Assembly (NCBI GenBank): GCA_964276515.1
Contig: OZ193909.1
Location: forward strand, 3,286,001 to 3,350,000
From: Gordius albopunctatus
Lineage: Eukaryota
DNA length: 64,000 nt
Direction: 5' to 3'
Below the pieces are notes generated by a model, which was not told the DNA's origin, searched no databases, and was given only the letters and a program-made list of their open reading frames with translations. The translations under genes and the position numbers were made by a program. Of the stretch, positions 26,501 through 38,782 are shown one piece after another (positions within the stretch are counted from its first letter, which is position 1; every line of letters begins with the position of its first letter).

Positions 26501-29500
26501 AAGTGAGCCCATAAATTGCATAGCAATTAAAACAAAATTGAACCCGAATTCCCAACTCTTGTTATGGTGCCCGCCAGGCCCCGCTCGAAAGTTAGAATTT
26601 ACACGGGCAGCGGGTTGGACAGGGCAAATCTGATCTCTGGTCCCTGGGTTCGAATCCCGGAGAGGGCAAAATTTTTATTTTTTTTAAATTAAATTAATAT
26701 TTAGTTCTTGTTAATACCATTGATAATATGACTTTTTGACCGTGCCCTGGCTACTGACCAATGGGAAAAATAACCATTGGTCAAAATGTGATTCGAAATT
26801 TTTTTTTCGTTTTTTTTTGACTCGTATGTATTTATAAACCGTCTCTTGGTACTGACCAATAAAAAAAATGACCATTGGCCAAATTGTTTTTAAGTAGAGG
26901 CTAAAATTTCAAAATTCTCCTCCCATAATCATTATAAAATACTGAACAAAATTCTTGAATATTTGGTGATCAAAAAACGCCTTATGCTGAAGTGTTTTAA
27001 ATCAGTGCTTCTTAACTTTTTTATACACGCGCCCCCCCCCCAAATATTTTATAATTTTTTTTTCGTTTTTGAATTGGTTAACATTGATAATTACCCTTTG
27101 CCTCTACTGATATGGGTCCCTGTGCCCCTACAAAAGTCTATGCCTCTACTAATGTGGGTTCGAATCCCGGAGAGGGCAAAATTTTTATTTTTTTTAAATT
27201 AAATTAATATATTGTTCTTGTTAATAGCCTTGATAGTATGCCTTTTTTTTAATTATGTTTAAATTTTGAGGAAATAAGAGTATAGAAAGTGGGGCCTTTT
27301 GCATAACAATTCAGATAAATTAATAGCGTTGTAAAAACGGCTGAGTTTTGTTTGGTCGACCTTTAGTTTTTTACCTAGGACTAACGGTAGACTCAAGTCT
27401 GATTTTCAAATTTCGACTAAGACTAGCGGTTGACTAAGGAAAATAGACCAAAGAATCTTTAATTTGTTTGTGTTTAGTCGACTAAAAACCACTAGTGCTA
27501 AGCATTTATAAAAATCTTCACAAATAATATTTCATATTTATTGAAGGATTCAATATTTACAAATGGCAAATTTCATCGCCTATTATGTCCTTATCTATAT
27601 ATTAAATACCCTTGATAATACGACTTTTTAACCGTGTCCTGGCTACTGACCAATGGGAAAAATGACCATTGACCAAATTTTGATTCGAAATTTTAATTTT
27701 TTTCGCTTCGGAATTAGTTAACATTGATATTTACCTTATGCCCGTCAGTCCAATTATTTTGCATTTAATACCCCCCTATAGGCAATCTCGCCCCTCCCCA
27801 CCTTTCTCGCCCATAAATTGCATAGCAAATATGCTACTTTTATACAGAGTATAGAAGAGTTCCCCCTTCCCTTCCCCCCTTCCCTTCCCCCCTTCCCTTC
27901 CCACGAGGGCCGAAGGCCCAAGTTTATATATATAATTGATATATATTAGTTATGGTATGGTTTTTAATTATAATAACAGTTTTTAAAAAGTTAATAATAA
28001 CTCAAAAATTTTTTGTAAATATCAAATTCAATCTACATATATGGTATGGCTTTTATTAATTATATTTTTATTGCTTTTAAGACCAAAAATAAACTAGAAC
28101 ATTAAAAATTTAAGAAATACATATGCACAATGAGATGAAATGTGAATTTAATTAGGTGCTATTTAAAAATTAAGTTAACTATTCAATAATTTTTTGAAGG
28201 TAAAAATGTATTATTAGTATAATATAATTTCTTGAACCAGAACCTCTACCCGAACCCGAACACAATTCCTTAAACCCGAACCCGATTTCAAAATTTATGC
28301 CGAACACGAACCCGATTTTATTTTGGGTGGGTTCAAACCCCTGGTTTTAAAGCCTTAAAATTACAAATACCACCAAAATCACCATTTTAAATCCGGCCAA
28401 CGGGGTGCTAACAAAATGTCGAACTATATAGTTTTAATCTAGAATGTTTTTAATAACGCTTCTATCAAAATAGGCTTTATTGAGACATCGAATAAACCAA
28501 AAAAAGGGTATAAATCTAAAGTAATACAAGGCCGAGCGGTGCTTTTATTTTATTTAGAACGAAGAGGCGGACGCACCTTTCAAATCGCCGCTACCCGGTC
28601 CGGAATCGAATGAGATACCGTTGGGCATACCAGCCACACCCGCACATCACGGCCCATTCAAAGACGACCCAGCTACGACCCGAGCCGTGGTCTCGGACCT
28701 GATCGCGAGCCAATGCGTTTCCCGCGGCGGCCACTCCATCGTCCCAGCCTCGGTGCTCGATATCATGTTTGCCGCTAACCAAGGGACCAGAACCTCCACA
28801 CGCTCCTCACACCCCGACGACGACGGTGGCATTAGTCCCTTGCTAAACGCCTGCGCCGCTATGGTACTCGCAATCCGCAGTCATAAATAGTTGGAAATTT
28901 GATTCGTTTCAAACTCTTAACTTTTAATTATCGTACTGATGCCTTGAGTTTTTTATACAGAAAAAAATGCTTTTTTGACGTTACTGAACCGTTTTTTGCG
29001 GTATTCATTTTTTAAAGGGGTCAAAAACGCGCATTTGCGCAACTTTGAACCCGATCATTTTATAAATTTGACGAGTTGTGGGTAAATAACAGAAAACTTT
29101 TGGGTACACACTGCGAATTTAAGTCTTTTAGAAATTTGATAGGGTACATTTTTTACAATATATTTGCAGCGCAAGCGTAACTTGTTACATTCAATTCAAT
29201 TGCCCTTAATACTACGTCTATAAAATAAGGTGAAGTAATTGAGTTCTGATGTATGATGTTAGATTTTGGCACAGTTATTATTGTGTCTAAATGCAAAATA
29301 TTCCAATAACCCGACACTTAACAGTTTAGCCATCGTTTTGTGGAAAAGCTTAATTCAAAACAAGCACCCATTGATCGTTCTTTTGAACTTGTTGTATAGG
29401 TACATTAATATGAGGCTTAGAATTCTGTAGCAACTAATCAGATTTGAAGACAAATCGAAGCAAAGCTGGCATATAGCTTACTACGCTACTCCGTTTCATT

Positions 29501-31229
29501 AGCTTTTAGAAGTTTCCGATCGCTGTACGCGTTAAACCTACACAGAGTTCCTTTAAGTAGTTATATTGGGGTGAGTGCTCGTTAACACCCCTCATAAGCT
29601 AAGTTTATATGGCCATTGTGGGCAGACCGTTTGAAAATCATGTACCCATACGGCAAGCTTATTTCACTCATATACACAAACTAACATATAGGCGTCTTCG
29701 TCGTCTGATGGTGATCAATCGTCAGAAAATTCGCTGGAAGAATACCTGCACGGCACGGAAGAGAATGGCTCCGCCCCTTCCCGAAGGATACCCCTAGACC
29801 CTTCCGAACTCCCCAACGATAGCAGTGATCGAGACGATAGCTGTGACCCGCTCGACACGTCTCCCCCGCCCCTCCAAACTTCCCACAACCAAAGCATGGC
29901 CGTGGGTTGGGAAGCGGCCGCTGTTTATGGCTTAGCCCCTTCCGTAAGCATTTCATACTCCCCTCGGTACTGTCGCGCCTATAATAGTAGTCATGGTCTA
30001 GTTTGTATTCAAATATTATTATTATTCACATATGATATTAATAATATACAATACGTATGCACAAAGTAAATAGAACTGAAAGAAGATATTATCACGTCAC
30101 GTGTATAAACATATATTATATAACATTACAGCACCTGCCCTCATAAGCTAAAAATGGGCAAGTTATTAGAAATAGTCGATGGGTCATTTATTTTTATTAA
30201 TTACATTTTAGCCGTCCGCTAACAGTGAGGCTACGGATGAAATTTTTATCGAGAAGGAGATCATACACGGCAAGATCGCTAGGATAGCTGTATGGCTTGA
30301 TGATTGTCCTTGCACCTTTATCATTGTACCGTTTTGTTGAACATTTTGGTTGTAAGAGTGCCTCGGTTATGAAGTAGTATTAAATTAAACGAGATATTTT
30401 ACAAAAATTGTGAGTGATCCGGGATGCAACTAAACATTATGTGATTGCGATAAGTGTTATATTTTTCAAATTTTTCCTATGTAAGCTTCACCCGTTTTCT
30501 CTATTTTAAAATCTTTTTGAATATAGCTTATTCTCAGGATCATTAATTCTATCTTTCAAGTTAGTTTTGGAAGCCAAAGTGACTTATGTTGTTCTATGAA
30601 AGGTTTATGCTTATTTTTACATTTTTTAGTATTTTTTTCACAATTTAACATAATTTTTCTTTTGAATAATATCGCTGTACAGAGCTTGTTTATTGTATTT
30701 AGTCTTCATACCCACCACTAAAGCAAGTACCTTAAACATACAATACTCGTACTGATTCCGTTAATAAAGCCATCCCTGTAAAATTTTCACGTTTGTTTCG
30801 CTTTCCAAATTCTATCGAAATTCCTTTTAACTATAACAGAATCTATTGAAACTCCCGGCTTACGACTTGGACACTTCAATTATAGAGGAGGTTGAGCTTG
30901 TAAATGGTCAGGCCAGCCGATCGCCGGTCTCCAAAACGTCCCCCAAACCCGAGCAACAAGACACGTGCTCTTCCAACATTTTCGAAACGCTGGAAAAATT
31001 CAACGAACGACGCCGGGTGCAGAGCCTGAACCAGGAGCCGGCGTTTGAAGAGGAGGAAGACGACGCCGACTCCGATTACGAACCACGACCCTCCCGAACT
31101 CACCACAAAGCGACCGATAAAAATAATGGGAAACCGGGTGGGCAGGTTGGTCGAAATAAGAGTAAGCGCAAACCCGCTGCCCTCTACCTTTCCACCACCG
31201 TCGCCAAAAAGAAAATGGCTAAACGGTAG
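20565..31229 (+). CDS. Unidentified ~552-aa protein: helical N-terminus, Ser/Pro/acidic low-complexity body, basic NLS-like C-terminus. Predicted exons 20565-21014, 21446-21706, 28558-28863, 29692-29943, 30840-31229
   Basis: Five stop-free segments joined by GT-AG introns, all phase 0 (donors gtaaat, gtaaat, gtactc, gtaagc; CTAAC branch point before 29692). Ends …KSKRKPAALYLSTTVAKKKMAKR*. No family recognised. Confidence 0.65.
21825..22590. mobile_element. Non-autonomous hAT-like element with GCCCG subterminal repeats
   Basis: GCCCG/CCCGA clusters at both ends; related inverted sequences at ~32500-32640 and ~37718-38050. Ends are approximate. Confidence 0.5.
23559..27925 (+). mobile_element. 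Helentron/DINE-like element containing oppositely oriented family copies (~24418-26529)
   Basis: 5' end TAATTGCTATGCAATATGGGCTCG with GTCC microsatellite, inverted subTIR CCATAAATTGCATAGCAA at ~27811-27828, pyrimidine tract and 3' hairpin GGGCCGAAGGCCC (~27907-27919). A minus-strand 5' end lies at ~26505-26529. Confidence 0.75.
24508..24580 (-). pseudogene. tRNA-derived segment (UGU anticodon-like loop) within the Helentron-like element
   Basis: Minus strand reads …GTGTGAGTGGTTATAGCGAACGACTTGTAAACAGGAGGCAACGAGTTCGAATCCCAGAGAGGAC: A-box-like and B-box motifs at tRNA spacing, but the acceptor stem does not pair. Confidence 0.5.
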
Positions 31230-32962
31230 CAGCGCCCGCCCGCTCACTAGCGCCTCAGACGATTCGTTCGATAGCATTTTGTTTTAGGGAATTATTTCAT
31301 TCCTTCAAACTTTGTATTATATATATATATATATATATAGCGTGCCACGAATTGTACATAGAAATTCGAGCGTGTATTTCTCTTAAAATGTATGTTAAAT
31401 GTTTTAACGCTGGACAACGTTTTTATACCGCCTCACGGTTTGTCGAAACACCACCCTACCCCCCCCCCCCTTCTACTATGCAATAATGCGAGGCTCGCGT
31501 TGTGTCAAAAGTATTTCTACGCAAAGTTGTTTTATATAAGCGTCGATTACAAATCCACGATACTGTATGTGCACATATATTCACAAATGTGTATGTTTAT
31601 TTTTTAGATTTTAAAGGATGTGTTGTCTCATGGATTGCGTAAATTTTTAACCGCAGCTATTTTTTGACATTTTTAACGGCTAAACTTTTTTAGGATGCTA
31701 TATTTGGAGATTAATTTGTAAATTCGTTAATTATTTTTTTATCGATTCGGCTTGTTTTGTAACTCGTGCAGTGTTCACTCAATATGTTTGTGAACAAACA
31801 TGGCCAGTTACATAGTTTTTAGTCCACCTCGAAAACTATATTTTTTTAAAGAATACCCCCACCTCGTGCGGAAAAAATAATTGCCTTAAGTGTTTTAAAA
31901 GATAAACATAAATTCACTTTAAATGATTGGATAAGATTGTTAAATAATAGGTCATTTAAGAATAGGAATTATCAATTAATCTTTCACTAATAGCACTAAC
32001 TGTAGAATTTTATTCGTTTAAACTATTTTGTTGGACTGAGATGTTCGCTTTTTTGATTAAGTTTGACTTGAAATAAAATTAAGTTTTCATATGCTGGTCT
32101 TTCAGGGCAACTGTGTGCCCTACAGAGATCAAAATTTAGAATTTTGGAAATGCACCTAAGAGTCGGACTTCATGATATTTTAATATTTATTTGTGTTCGT
32201 TTAATTTATAATCAAGACTCTACATAATAATATTTTTCTTTGACCATAAAAATGATTTTTTAAATTGGTCGATAAAAGTGTTCGCCCTATAACTTATACA
32301 TAGATAAAATGATTTTGCCTGAGGATTTTTAATGGGATTTAAAATTAGTACCTCAAAGTTCCTCCCGTCCGCTTTATGATGGGAGGAGGGACAAGTTGTC
32401 CCTCCCTGCCTCCCCCTAATCCCGTCCATGCTTAAGCTTTTTGACTTAGCATTTCTACAATATATCAAACTAAAAATTTGATATTTCTAACTTTGATTCA
32501 AGATTATTTTTATTGGGGCTGCATCAATACAGGCCTAACGGGGCATATAGGGTCCGAGCAGCTCTACTAATTTGGCTTTGCCATCGGACACTTATTAGGG
32601 TTCTGACAGGCAATTTAATTATAAAATCGGGCTAAGTTTTGGCAGAATATTTTTCAAAAATATGGCGTCTAATCTAAATTTACCATTTTGCTCCTTCTTC
32701 CAAGAAGGCAACACATTTTTTTAGGAACCAGCCTTAATTAAAAGTAATATTTAGAAACGTTATACTTATAGCCGTACGTGAGATTAATAACTATTTATCA
32801 ACTGATAGGGATGGTATTTATAAAAAATTCTTCATATATCAACAACATAAAAATTTTAAGTGTGTTTAGTTGACGAAATCTATATCTAAACAAGAATGAT
32901 AATTGAAAATTATCCCTATAAATAACATAAATTATAGCAACGTCTCCTTTTGTTGAATCCAT

Positions 32963-34333
32963 TCACAAATGTAAATTTTGAGTAAAGTCGTATTCGATGG
33001 TAGGTAGGTATGATTGCTTGAACGAATTTTAGGAAGATCATGAGGTACCTAACGAAAAATGCAAGTATACTCAATTTCATTTTTAAACAGATAGATTAAC
33101 TATCAATATATATACAACACTCACTTGTGAACACCAATATCTTTTCCTTTTCCCGCACACGTTTCTATAATTCTTTTCATCACTTCGGTATGTCTTAAAA
33201 ACACAAAATTATTTCACTAACACTTCATTGCAACATAATTACAGCACTCAACGCTAAGGTGTATTTAAAGTTTTTGGTATCGATAAATAATTAAATCAGA
33301 AAAAGACTGCCTACCGACAGGGATGTACGGAAGCCATAGGAGGCCCAGATATATGGGGATGAGCTTCCATAGTTATAGTTTTTCCACGTGATCCACGCTG
33401 AAATCTGCATACATTTGTGCGACAGAAAGAGGCATTTTGTTCTTTAATATAGCAAAAACAGAATTATACGCGTAAAGTGGAAGTGATATTAAAGTAAGCT
33501 CAAACGTAGGATATTTTACTTCGTCATAGCCTATTAGCCATAGTCGGGGTGTTTGGTAATATTTATCATAGGTGATATGCAAGTCGTAGGTACGAGTCCT
33601 TGATATCCTGCTATCCTCGGGGTGGGTGTTGGCCATATTCATGTCGATAGTTGAAAAGTCGAATGTCATCTTTTCCATCAAAGCACAATGAGTTGTTAAA
33701 TAAATATCACAAAAAATTATTGTAGTCAGAATAACAAAAGAAAAAATGGATTTATAAATCATATTTAAATTAAATCATAAGATAGCAGTAATTGGTGTAC
33801 ACCTGATCCTCATCTTGTATGTCATTTTCTATAATTGTTTTTTGATGTTCTGCCTGATTATTTGGAATGTTATTAATGCCATTTCCCAGCTCCTTAGCCA
33901 TGTTAGCAACAAAGGCTTCCATGTCCCCACGTTCCGCATCATCATCTTTTATATTATCAGCTTCAACTTGAGTATCAGTGTCATTTTGGTTTTGTTTTGT
34001 CACTTTGTCATTTTCATTATTGAGTGTTGCTTCTTTAATATTACTAACTATACTTGGGGTTGAATTTTTATCTTCGATATTCTCATCTAGACATAGAATG
34101 TTATATAGATAAGATATTAATTAAATTTAATTATACAACTACATCCAAAAATAAATTATTTAATGGCTGACAAATTATTGTATAGTCTTTCACAAGTATA
34201 AACTCAAAAGAGAACAATAAACTTGAATTGTAAAATGCTTCAACCCATTCTTGTTCTGGATTGTCTCCATCTAATACTCTTAATTTTTCACTCATATGAT
34301 TGGATGAAAACTTTGACATGTCATAACATGGCA
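32963..34333 (-). pseudogene. ATG3: ATG3 (E2-like autophagy conjugating enzyme), two frameshifts, 5' exons not found. Exons 34333-34223, 34086-33803, 33669-33520, 33441-33315, 33193-33125, 33048-32963
   Basis: ATG3 motifs [47 protein letters not shown] and YLMIFLKFVQAIIPT/IEYDFT. There is a 1-nt deletion in the homopolymer at 33379-33383 and a 4-nt GGTA duplication at ~32999-33010. Confidence 0.85.
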
Positions 34334-34643
34334 CTAATATTGGATTATAATAATTTCAGAAATGTTGTTAATTGCATTGATAATTTCATCATTATTTATA
34401 AATTAACCAACTAAAACCTACCATCGAATATATCATACGCAAAAATAACATGTTTAGTATAAAAATTTGCATACTTAAATACCTTTTGATATGATCAAAT
34501 TTAGTTTTTATTAAAGGTTAAGATAAGATTTACGGTATAAATTAATTTAATCATGTTGGCTAATTAATTGGCTTCCATTAAGATAGTGTCCGGTCTTAAT
34601 GGGTTAAATTAAAATTTGACATGTCGGTGCCATTTAATTATAA

Positions 34644-34730
34644 TCGTCCTGATGGTTCCTCACTAGTCCCATGAAAAAATATTTCCTATAATAAAATGAG
34701 ATTTCACATGGATTGACTTATTCGCCTTCT
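34644..34730 (+). mobile_element. Short degenerate CRE-type non-LTR endonuclease fragment
   Basis: Nucleotide paralogue of 38308-38395 (CGTCCTGA(T/C)GGTTCCTC(A/G)CTAGTCCCATG…GATTTCACATG). Confidence 0.65.
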
Positions 34731-37700
34731 TAGGTTTTGTCCCCCCCCCCCCGATTGAAGTTTTAAACGTTTCGCCCCCCCCCCAATCCAAAACCTGGCT
34801 ACGCACATGGTAATTAATACTTAATTAATTCAAACAAACAGTACAACTTTTGTTCTCTAATGCAACAATGAATGGAAATAAAGTTTGTTTTCTCAATGAT
34901 AATTATTTATAACACCAAAGAATATTAGTAATATTATAAAACGCTCTCAGATTATCTGATGTCTAATAAAAAATCTTCCCCCTTTACAAGCATCACATCA
35001 ATGTTGGACGGTACGAAAGAAAAGAATAGCGACAATATGACTCATATCGAAACAAATTTGATGATCGTTGAAAGGGAAAGTCAAGAGCGAACTAATCTTA
35101 GATACATACTTTCAGATTACAGTATTCCCCAAGCGTCCCCTAATTGTATGGCTTCTGCCACTGTCGGTCCTTTTCAACGCCATATCAAAACGCGATGTTC
35201 CCCTAAGTCTTTGACCACCAGTCAAAGCCTGGATACTTTAAAGTAATTAAATAAACTTGTAGACTCAATATTAACGGGGTTCCCAGCAAATTGGGTTTAA
35301 ATTAATGTTTACCCCTTTAGCCAGTAATATGTGTCCAGCCAGTGATTAGGTTAGAAATCATGTTATTCTTAGGCAAAAAATGCCATATTATCCTTCACTT
35401 CTCGATTCTGACCCTTGGTTTTACAATATTTATTTATTTCTCAAAAATTACAGTCACGTTCACGCCGTGTTTAGGCAATTAAGATTAAAAGTAATTACTT
35501 ATCACGAAAATAATTTTTATAATGTAATTCAACATTGGCGTAGCCAGAATTAGAGGAGGGAACAATAATTTTGAAATTTTAGCCACGAAAAAAATAAATT
35601 TTAAAGAATTTTGCGAAAGTCTAATTTGACCATTTAGTAGATGAACAATATTATCCATTTTCTCCTTTATCAATAAAATGCAATAATAAAATTAATATAG
35701 GAGCTAAAAAAATTATAAGACCGTTAATCCACCACATATCTGTTTGTAAATAGGATTAAAAATTTTGTAACATATAATCAGGCCAAAGGTTTCAATAAAA
35801 TATTTGTTAATATCATAACTTTCATATCACGGACCGAGTCATAATGCCTACTAAAATGGGACTAGGCTTAGGCGGCCATGATCGTTTTTAAAATGGGTGG
35901 GGACAGCGGTTCAAATTTATGCTTTTCTTAAGATATTGCACAATTGGTATTAATAGTTTTTAGAGTAGCTCATGGGCGTAGCTAAGGGGGGGGGGCAGGG
36001 ATGGGTGGCCCCCTCTAAATCCAAAAATTTGTTGAAATTTATTAAAATTATGGCAAAAAATTTAGGGAAGTGATTAATTTGCCCCTCCTTAAATCATTAT
36101 TGCTCACCTCTAATCCCAATGCTGGCTACACCTATGTGGATATATAAATTTGTATCAACACTTTAAAACATGAATAATACTCCTTAAAATCGCAAATAAA
36201 ATTATGTTATTTCGCCAAGTATATTCAAAAATCGTAAGCTATTGCGAATGTACGCCTGTATAGATTTTGATGCTATTAATAACACTCTCAATTAGTACTT
36301 TATATAAATAAAAAGGCTCAAAAAGTCCGACAAAGACGTGAAGAATAAGTATAAAATTGGTGATAAGAAAGAAAGGCCACGATGCGAGGCCACTCTCAAA
36401 ATCTGGCCTAATCCCTCAAAAGATTATGAAGAAAGCTTTTATCGTTCGAATCAGGGATTGCGCTCTTCGCGCCCCGGACCTTATGAACAACTCATTATAT
36501 CAAATATCGATTTTAGCGATAATACGAGATCACTTTAAATGTATATTGGTTATATATAAGAATCGTGGAATCTTTAAGACATATATTAAATCTCATAGCA
36601 CCAAAATTTGGGTTAATGGCTTATCAGCTTTAACTCTTTCATTGATTCTTATTCAAAAAAAAGCTGATCAGAAAAAAGCTAATAAATCAGTAGGAACATT
36701 TGGTAATTTCGACGTATAGTGCATACAATCTAATCTAACGTAAATTTAGGAATATTTGGCAATTTCTGCGTATAGTGCAGAATATCTAATTGAGAACCCT
36801 AACCTAAACCCTAAACCTACCCATTTTTATATATTAAATATTTAAATTTTATTTTCAAATTTGCTATGCGACATACACCTCATAAGACATCAAGTAGATT
36901 TTAGGGTCTAAATTTTTTATTAGCCTTTTTTTCTGATCAGCTTTTTTTTGAAGAGCTTTATTTTTGAACAGAAACGTTTACATTCGAACCTTTTTAATTC
37001 ACCTCAAGCATTATTACAGACAAACAAATTTCTGAACTCATTTTTAAAATATGTTTCATTCTTAAAGAAGGAAAACCTCAATAAATGCGCAAACCCCTCA
37101 TTTTTCCCGTAAAAATTTGATTTTTTTATAAATTAAATCTTAAATATATTTTATTTTATATTTAATTTTAATAAACAAATTTTTTCAATTTATATTGTAT
37201 ATGTAAAAATTAAATAAGAAATATTGACCTTAAGTGGCCTAACCCAAAGGTTTAGGCCATACTAAATATTAACCAACCTAATAGCGCAGAGGTTAATTTT
37301 AAGAACTAGCCTAAGCTTTAGGCTTCTAATTGACGTCAAGGTTTTAGCTAGACTTTAATCTCCATGCAGAGGTTAGCGCGTTGTAAACACCTTAGAGGTT
37401 TTCAAAGAACCTCTAAACTAGTCTTAAGTCTACCTGGGCTTGACTCACGCCTGACCTTTTCCTAACACGGAAATTTGAGTCATGATAAAAGAAAGTTTGA
37501 TAATTTAATTTATGCAGCAAATAACGTGCTTAATGAAATTATTTTTTGTCAATCCATTGTAATTAATTTATTTCCTGAAGATGGGCTCCTGCATTGCAAA
37601 AAATCAAATTCCATTTCACTCTACTCATTTTAATAATTCAACCCTTATAGTCATTAACATCATAAATAAATAACGGTCTTCTTTGTCCTTTAGCGAATTT

Positions 37701-38299
37701 CAGTATTAATGAAAGTACAGGGTCGGGCCGAACCAGGCAACTGTCCTATTTTAGATTTTCTGGCGGACCCGGGCCGGCTTTAATCCAAAACTTGGGCGTT
37801 TCGGGCCTAATGATAATTTAATAAAGTTTTATTTAGTTTTCGTGTATTATTGTAACATTTTATATCCTTGTTCTTATCCAAAAAAATCGTAATTTACTAA
37901 ATATAAGGATATTACTGCCAAAAAATTTTAAAAACATTGTTTAGGGCCGAGCAGTTCGAGTAGCTCTAATGATTCGGGCATGGCCAGACGGACACTTGAA
38001 TGGTTCGGGCGGGCAGCTTAGTTATAAAATCATACCAGGCCGGGTTCGAGGAGAAAATTCTTAACAAAGATTTCTGATATTGATTGAAATTAGGAAGGGG
38101 GCAAAATAAAAATTCAAATCTTTAACTAATTTAAAATATGTTCCACCTTTTGCCAACTTTACTTAAGCACACATATTTAAAAATTAAAAAAATATGATAT
38201 CAATTATGGCGACACGTGTCTACCAAACGCTATTTTCTCATCACAATTACCACACGAAAAAAGATTTTGAGTGACAATTAAAATCAAATCTGATATGAG

Positions 38300-38601
38300 G
38301 TCGAATGCGTCCTGACGGTTCCTCGCTAGTCCCATGGGAAAATGGTCTCCTTTTAAAGTGGGATTTCACATGCATAGACCTATTTGCCCCCTCTAATCTT
38401 AATTATGACCCCATGGCTCTCGCTGGAGAACGCAAGCTCCAAAAATACAAAGCCCTTTTGGACTCTAGTATTTTTATCCCAATAGTTTCCTCCTGTTCAG
38501 GATCCTATGGAAGAAATAGGCAGGCAATTCCCTCCCTCCAAACATTCCCCCGCATTTTTATTGAAATAATCAATAGCTGCTATCTTAATTGCAAAATTTA
38601 A
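38300..38601 (+). mobile_element. 3' fragment of a CRE-like (restriction-like endonuclease) non-LTR retrotransposon
   Basis: RPDG..LVPW..G..L.WDFTC.D…E.K..KY..L….FIPI…G.YG is the PD-(D/E)xK RLE signature. Confidence 0.75.
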
Positions 38602-38782
38602 TTTCAAATCTTTTTTGCATTCCTGGCCTCTTCTAAAAGAGGAAGATGATGTCATATTACTCATATGATGTTTTAAAAAAATATAATTGTTATATAATTG
38701 TATCATTTAATATTATGTTTAGATCTATATCAATAAACTAACTTCATCTCTTAAAAAAATTGCCAAAATTAAGAGATATATG

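Larger units (their letters stand above)
23345..28343. mobile_element. hAT-type MITE expanded to 5 kb by nested insertions
   Basis: TIRs CAGGGGTTTG / CAAACCCCTG with perfect 8-bp TSD GTTTTAAA (23337-23344, 28344-28351). Its right arm recurs inverted at 49684-50060. Confidence 0.85.

Noticed and set aside
34959..35246. 95-aa ORF as a gene exon or the missing ATG3 5' part
   Set aside because: No ATG3 motifs on either strand, no recognisable domain, and no convincing partner exons. It could be an exon but is unsupported.
36790..36825. Telomeric repeat (AACCCTAACCTAAACCCTAAACC)
   Set aside because: Only a few irregular units, lying inside a MITE-like sequence.
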